IMG/VR virus record: IMGVR_UViG_3300034069_001196
Coordinates: 1 to 64,000 of that record
DNA length: 64,000 nucleotides
DNA from: a virus
Direction: 5' to 3' (one strand)
The notes beneath the pieces are model-generated. The model saw only the letters and a list, made by a program, of their open reading frames with translations, made no database searches and was not told the origin of the DNA. The position numbers and the translations under genes were made by a program. Positions 60,966-64,000 of this stretch are shown piece by piece; within the stretch, counting starts at the first letter, position 1; every line of letters starts with the position of its first letter.

Positions 60966-61187
60966 ATGGGTTGGACCCTGATCTGGCTGACACTGAGCGG
61001 GACCGGGGCGCCGACCAGCGGCTCCGCTCATTTTGCTACGGTCGAGGCGTGCTTCGCGGCTCAGCGGGCCTACGGCGGGCTGAACTTCGACATCACGAAG
61101 GGCCGTCTTCTCACCCTCAGCAGCGAGTCGATCTGCGTGAACGATCAGACCGGCGAGGGTAGGACGGCTATCCAGCCTCGACCGTAG
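60966..61187 (+). CDS. antisense small ORF (73 aa) in the chaperone/tape-measure gap
   Basis: ATG at 60966, 7 nt after GAGGAG. Hand-counted GC3 is about 81%. MGWTLIWLTLSGTGAPTSGSAHFATVEACFAAQRAYGGLNFDITKG... Fits the 246-nt gap almost exactly. Confidence 0.5.
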   Translation: MGWTLIWLTLSGTGAPTSGSAHFATVEACFAAQRAYGGLNFDITKGRLLTLSSESICVNDQTGEGRTAIQPRP

Positions 61188-62006
61188 GCTTCTTAGCGAG
61201 CCGTTTGAGCAGCGCCGTGATGCCCTTGCCGTCGGTGATCGGAACCTCGTCCAGCACCTTCGCGCCGGGCGCCCTCATCCCGAGGTACTCAGCATCCATC
61301 TCCCGGATGATCGCGAGGAACCACGCATAGTCGTCCGGCTGGGACAGGTCGTGGTCGGCGGCGAACGAGCGGATCGACTTCGATGGGATCCGCCCCTCAG
61401 CGCCGAACCCTAGCTGCCTGTCGGTGCTGAGCTCCCAGAACGCGCTCCAGATGAACCCCAGATCCTTCGAGAGCATCGGCCGGGACAGAAACCCCGGCGG
61501 CAGAGGCCGTCCGGCCGCCTCAAGCGTGCGGAGATGCTTTGCCTGAGGCGACCATTCGATCTGCCACCGCAGGCACTCTAGGAGTTTCCCACCGCAGTCT
61601 CGACCTTATCGGCCTCGACCTCCTCGACCACATTGGCGGCCCACGCCACGGCATCGCGAAGCGGGCGGAAATCGGGATCACAGAGCAGCGTCATCGCCTG
61701 CTCCTTGGAATAGTCGACGGGCTGGTCATCCTCGTCGGTGAGGTTCTTCCAGTCGAGGAGGATGTGCTCGACCATGCCGCGCGTCAGGATCGCGTCGCGG
61801 ACGTTCGGGAGCAGGCCGCCAGCGAGCCGGCCGCCCTCCCGCTGATCGCGCGGTACGGCAGCGACCTCGCGCGCCATGAAGGCGGCATAGTCGGTATTCG
61901 AGAAGCCTCGGACGCGGAGAGCGAGATCGCCCATCTGCGGAATGCCGTCGATCCAGGCGCCCTGCTGAGCGCGCGTGGAATTCACTTTGATGCTCTTGAG
62001 TTTCAC
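61168..62006 (-). CDS. tail assembly chaperone frameshift product (gpGT-like, -1 PRF)
   Basis: The -1 frame is open from the slippery site through the 101-nt gap into ORF 61168-61476. I translated it by hand and found no stops. Confidence 0.65.
61578..62006 (-). CDS. tail assembly chaperone (gpG-like)
   Basis: 142-aa ORF after the tail tube gene. GTG start after AGGTGA. Ends ...VGNS*, with GGGAAAC immediately before the stop. Confidence 0.75.
   Translation of the reverse strand: MKLKSIKVNSTRAQQGAWIDGIPQMGDLALRVRGFSNTDYAAFMAREVAAVPRDQREGGRLAGGLLPNVRDAILTRGMVEHILLDWKNLTDEDDQPVDYSKEQAMTLLCDPDFRPLRDAVAWAANVVEEVEADKVETAVGNS
61584..61590 (-). promoter_or_regulatory. -1 programmed ribosomal frameshift slippery heptamer G_GGA_AAC
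   Basis: Minus strand GTG GGA AAC TCC TAG. Canonical XXXYYYZ; lambda G/GT uses GGGAAAG. Confidence 0.65.
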
Positions 62007-62083
62007 GATGTCACCTATGCTCGTCGGGAAAGCGAACCCGCGCCCGGAGGGTCAATCTGGGCGCGGGGATGGTTGGCGGAGGA

Positions 62084-62563
62084 TCAGGTCGGCGGGACCT
62101 CGATGACCGCCGAGTCGATGCCGATCATGAAGGTGCTGCGGATCACGTTGTCGGACGAGCCGACGTTCAGCCGCTTCGACATCACCAGACCGCGGAAATA
62201 CGCGGTGGTGCCGGAGCCATTGGTGGTGATCTGATCCGGCAGGACGACGCGGAAGGCATACTTCAGCGGCGTGGCCTCGGCGGCGACCAGCGCCTGCTGG
62301 CCGGGATCGGTGGAGTCGCGGCCGCAGGTCAGCGTCAGGTCGCCCGCGTCGCGGATGCCCTTCGCCTTGCGCTGCCGGCCGTCATTCAGCGCGGCGAAGT
62401 TGACCGCGCTGGACTGATCGCCGAACTCACCGAGCGACTCGACGAGGCCGACCTCGACCCAGCCGGTCAGCGCAGCGAATTCGGACGCGGTATCGACGCT
62501 CGGCGCAACCTGCGGACCGATGAAGATCTTCGCGCCGGTTGCGGTGGTAATATCTCCTGCCAT
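62084..62563 (-). CDS. major tail (tube) protein
   Basis: 159 aa with a strong SD. Position upstream of the chaperones. Ig-like beta-rich sequence typical of the TP901-1/lambda V class. Confidence 0.8.
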   Translation of the reverse strand: MAGDITTATGAKIFIGPQVAPSVDTASEFAALTGWVEVGLVESLGEFGDQSSAVNFAALNDGRQRKAKGIRDAGDLTLTCGRDSTDPGQQALVAAEATPLKYAFRVVLPDQITTNGSGTTAYFRGLVMSKRLNVGSSDNVIRSTFMIGIDSAVIEVPPT

Positions 62564-62634
62564 CTTTCTCTCCAGAGATCAGGCCACTGCGGGCCCCGTT
62601 GAACCTCGCCCGCAGCGAGGGTTTCAGCACCGGA

Positions 62635-63096
62635 TCAGGCGTAGAAGCCTGAGTTGTCGGTGAAGTCGAATTGGTACGGCACGCTGATCGAGACCGGGAA
62701 ATACAGCCCGTCGTCATTGCGATCGTCGATTGCCGGAGATGACGGCGCGAAGGTCTGCACGCCGTCGAACTTCTTGCCTCGAAACAGCGCCGCGAGACGA
62801 TCGGTCAGCAGCAAGCCGGTCTTCACGCCTAGACCGCGCTGCGCGTTCACGATGAAGCGGATGGTGCCCTCCTCGCGGTAGAGGCGGGCCGCGAGATCCA
62901 TCTGCCGGGTGGTCGCGACCGGGTACTGCACTTGGCCGAAGACCGAGCCGTCATCCGGCACGTCGCCCTGGAGGTTGATGCCGAAGATCGGGCACGCGGG
63001 AAGATCATCGGCGGCGCGCGCCTCGACCACCGCCTCAGCGCCCCATAGCTCCGCAAGCCGCTTCTCCACGGCATCGACAACAGCAGCTTTCGCCAT
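62635..63096 (-). CDS. tail terminator / tail completion protein-like
   Basis: 153-aa ORF immediately upstream of the tube gene. Confidence 0.55.
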   Translation of the reverse strand: MAKAAVVDAVEKRLAELWGAEAVVEARAADDLPACPIFGINLQGDVPDDGSVFGQVQYPVATTRQMDLAARLYREEGTIRFIVNAQRGLGVKTGLLLTDRLAALFRGKKFDGVQTFAPSSPAIDDRNDDGLYFPVSISVPYQFDFTDNSGFYA

Positions 63097-63099
63097 GGA

Positions 63100-63801
63100 T
63101 CAGCGGCCCGGATCTATGATGATGGCCGGCTGGCGGGTAAGCCAATCGGCATGCCGGTCCGGACGCCCGCCGCGGACTCGCTGCGCCAGATCACGAGCGC
63201 TGGCCGACTGAGCCCATTCGCCGACGGCGCCACCGGGGAACGAGCGCCAGCCGAACCCGACATAGGCGACGTTGCCGTACCGGCGCTTGGCCATCGTCGC
63301 GACGCCCTCGTAGACGCCATCGGGCGCCTGAGGGCTGAGGCCGCGCTCGATCTTCCTGGCGTAGGGCTGAGCATTCAGCACCACGTACCGCTCCGCCGGC
63401 GGCGGGTTGGCGACATCCTCGAACTCGACATCGTCGGCGAACCAGACGTGGCTCTCGTTGTACCGCTTCTGAATCTTGGGCCGGCTGCCGATCGGGGAGT
63501 GCAGGATCAGCATCTCGTCGATGAACTGGATCACGTCGAGCAGCAGGTGGAACTCGAAGGTGACGATGCTGCGCGGCGTCAGAGATCCGAGATCGGTCCG
63601 CCGCGAGCCGTCCACGAAAGTGTCATGCGTCGGCACGTAGCCGAGAGCCGCCCGGTTGGTCTCCTGCCCCTCCACCAGCGCCTGCGTCGCCGTTTGCCGA
63701 AGCTGCTCGGACTGCGCCGCGGGCGATAGCTCCTCGTTGAAGATGAGCTCGATGTCCCGCGCGATCGGGTCGAGGCGGATCCGGGTGCCGGCCGCAGCCA
63801 T
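63100..63801 (-). CDS. neck protein (HK97 gp10-like position)
   Basis: ATG at 63801 (ATGA overlap with the upstream gene) preferred over 63819. Confidence 0.55.
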   Translation of the reverse strand: MAAAGTRIRLDPIARDIELIFNEELSPAAQSEQLRQTATQALVEGQETNRAALGYVPTHDTFVDGSRRTDLGSLTPRSIVTFEFHLLLDVIQFIDEMLILHSPIGSRPKIQKRYNESHVWFADDVEFEDVANPPPAERYVVLNAQPYARKIERGLSPQAPDGVYEGVATMAKRRYGNVAYVGFGWRSFPGGAVGEWAQSASARDLAQRVRGGRPDRHADWLTRQPAIIIDPGR

Positions 63802-64000
63802 CACGCGCCCCGGAGCCACGTCTCATAGCGCACGACGACGTCGCGCATCCGAACCGGGTTGCAGACCTGGATCACCTGCATCTTCCCGGCGATGAGCATG
63901 CGGTCGAGGCGCTTCGGCACGCCATCGAATCCTGAGGCCGTCAAGGCGCTCGGCGAGAACACCGCGGTGGTGTCGCCCTGCTGGATACCGCCAGCAAGCT
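63801..64000 (-). CDS. head-tail connector protein, 3' fragment (gene starts right of window)
   Basis: Reads ...LAGGIQQGDTTAVFSPSALTASGFDGVPKRLDRMLIAGKMQVIQVCNPVRMRDVVVRYETWLRGA*. Confidence 0.5.
   Translation of the reverse strand, partial: LAGGIQQGDTTAVFSPSALTASGFDGVPKRLDRMLIAGKMQVIQVCNPVRMRDVVVRYETWLRGA

Noticed and set aside
60922-61167. A second frameshift extension linking the chaperone T-part to the tape measure.
   Set aside because: Frame 0 and frame -1 hit stops within a few codons. The open +1 frame has low third-position G/C, and the opposite strand shows the stronger coding signal.

Overview
The whole 64 kb window is high-GC temperate phage DNA (siphovirus-like, HK97-type head, lambda/GTA-like tail). 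MucR/Ros, GcrA-like and MerR-like proteins suggest an alphaproteobacterial (Rhizobiales-like) host; that is inference.

Layout:
- 1-9436 (-): packaging and head module. HNH, TerS, TerL, portal, protease fusion, major capsid, collagen-like protein.
- 9594-10424 (-): phage tRNA cluster. tRNA-Tyr, an initiator-like tRNA-Met and an atypical Trp-like tRNA.
- 10431-12002 (-): small genes plus a zinc-ribbon HNH nuclease.
- 12160-12540: repeat-rich non-coding DNA.
- 12576-17220 (+): opposite-strand island containing ArdA; five of its genes are preceded by conserved stem-loops.
- 17637-28284 (-): replication and regulation operon. DnaB, MT-A70 methylase, GcrA-like, MucR-like and RuvC-like proteins.
- 28309-29071: gap of about 760 nt with no credible ORF, at the divergent early switch.
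- 29429-43525 (+): early operon. MerR-like, RecT, HNH-type nucleases, T4 Pnkp-type 3'-phosphatase domain, DUF551-like repeats, lipoprotein, Xis, Int.
- 43582-43620: 5' half of a tRNA-Pro(UGG) gene next to int, likely the att core.
- 44578-48464 (-): membrane proteins and lysis genes (amidase, lysozyme).
- 48820-64000 (-): tail fibre, distal tail, tape measure, G/GT chaperone with a GGGAAAC -1 slippery site, tail tube, connector genes.

Each phage function appears once and only part of the head-tail connector set is missing. The window therefore reads as a circular permutation (or tandem-lysogen junction) of one phage of roughly 65 kb or more.

No CRISPR array, rRNA or obvious known defence system was seen.

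Most interesting candidates:
1. A 2H-phosphoesterase domain fused in frame to the prohead protease.
2. The ArdA island with its covarying hairpins.
3. A possible RNA-repair or anti-anticodon-nuclease theme (2H domain, Pnkp phosphatase domain, divergent tRNAs).
4. The ORF-free structured region at the lysis-lysogeny switch.

All family assignments come from motif recognition by eye. No searches were run.
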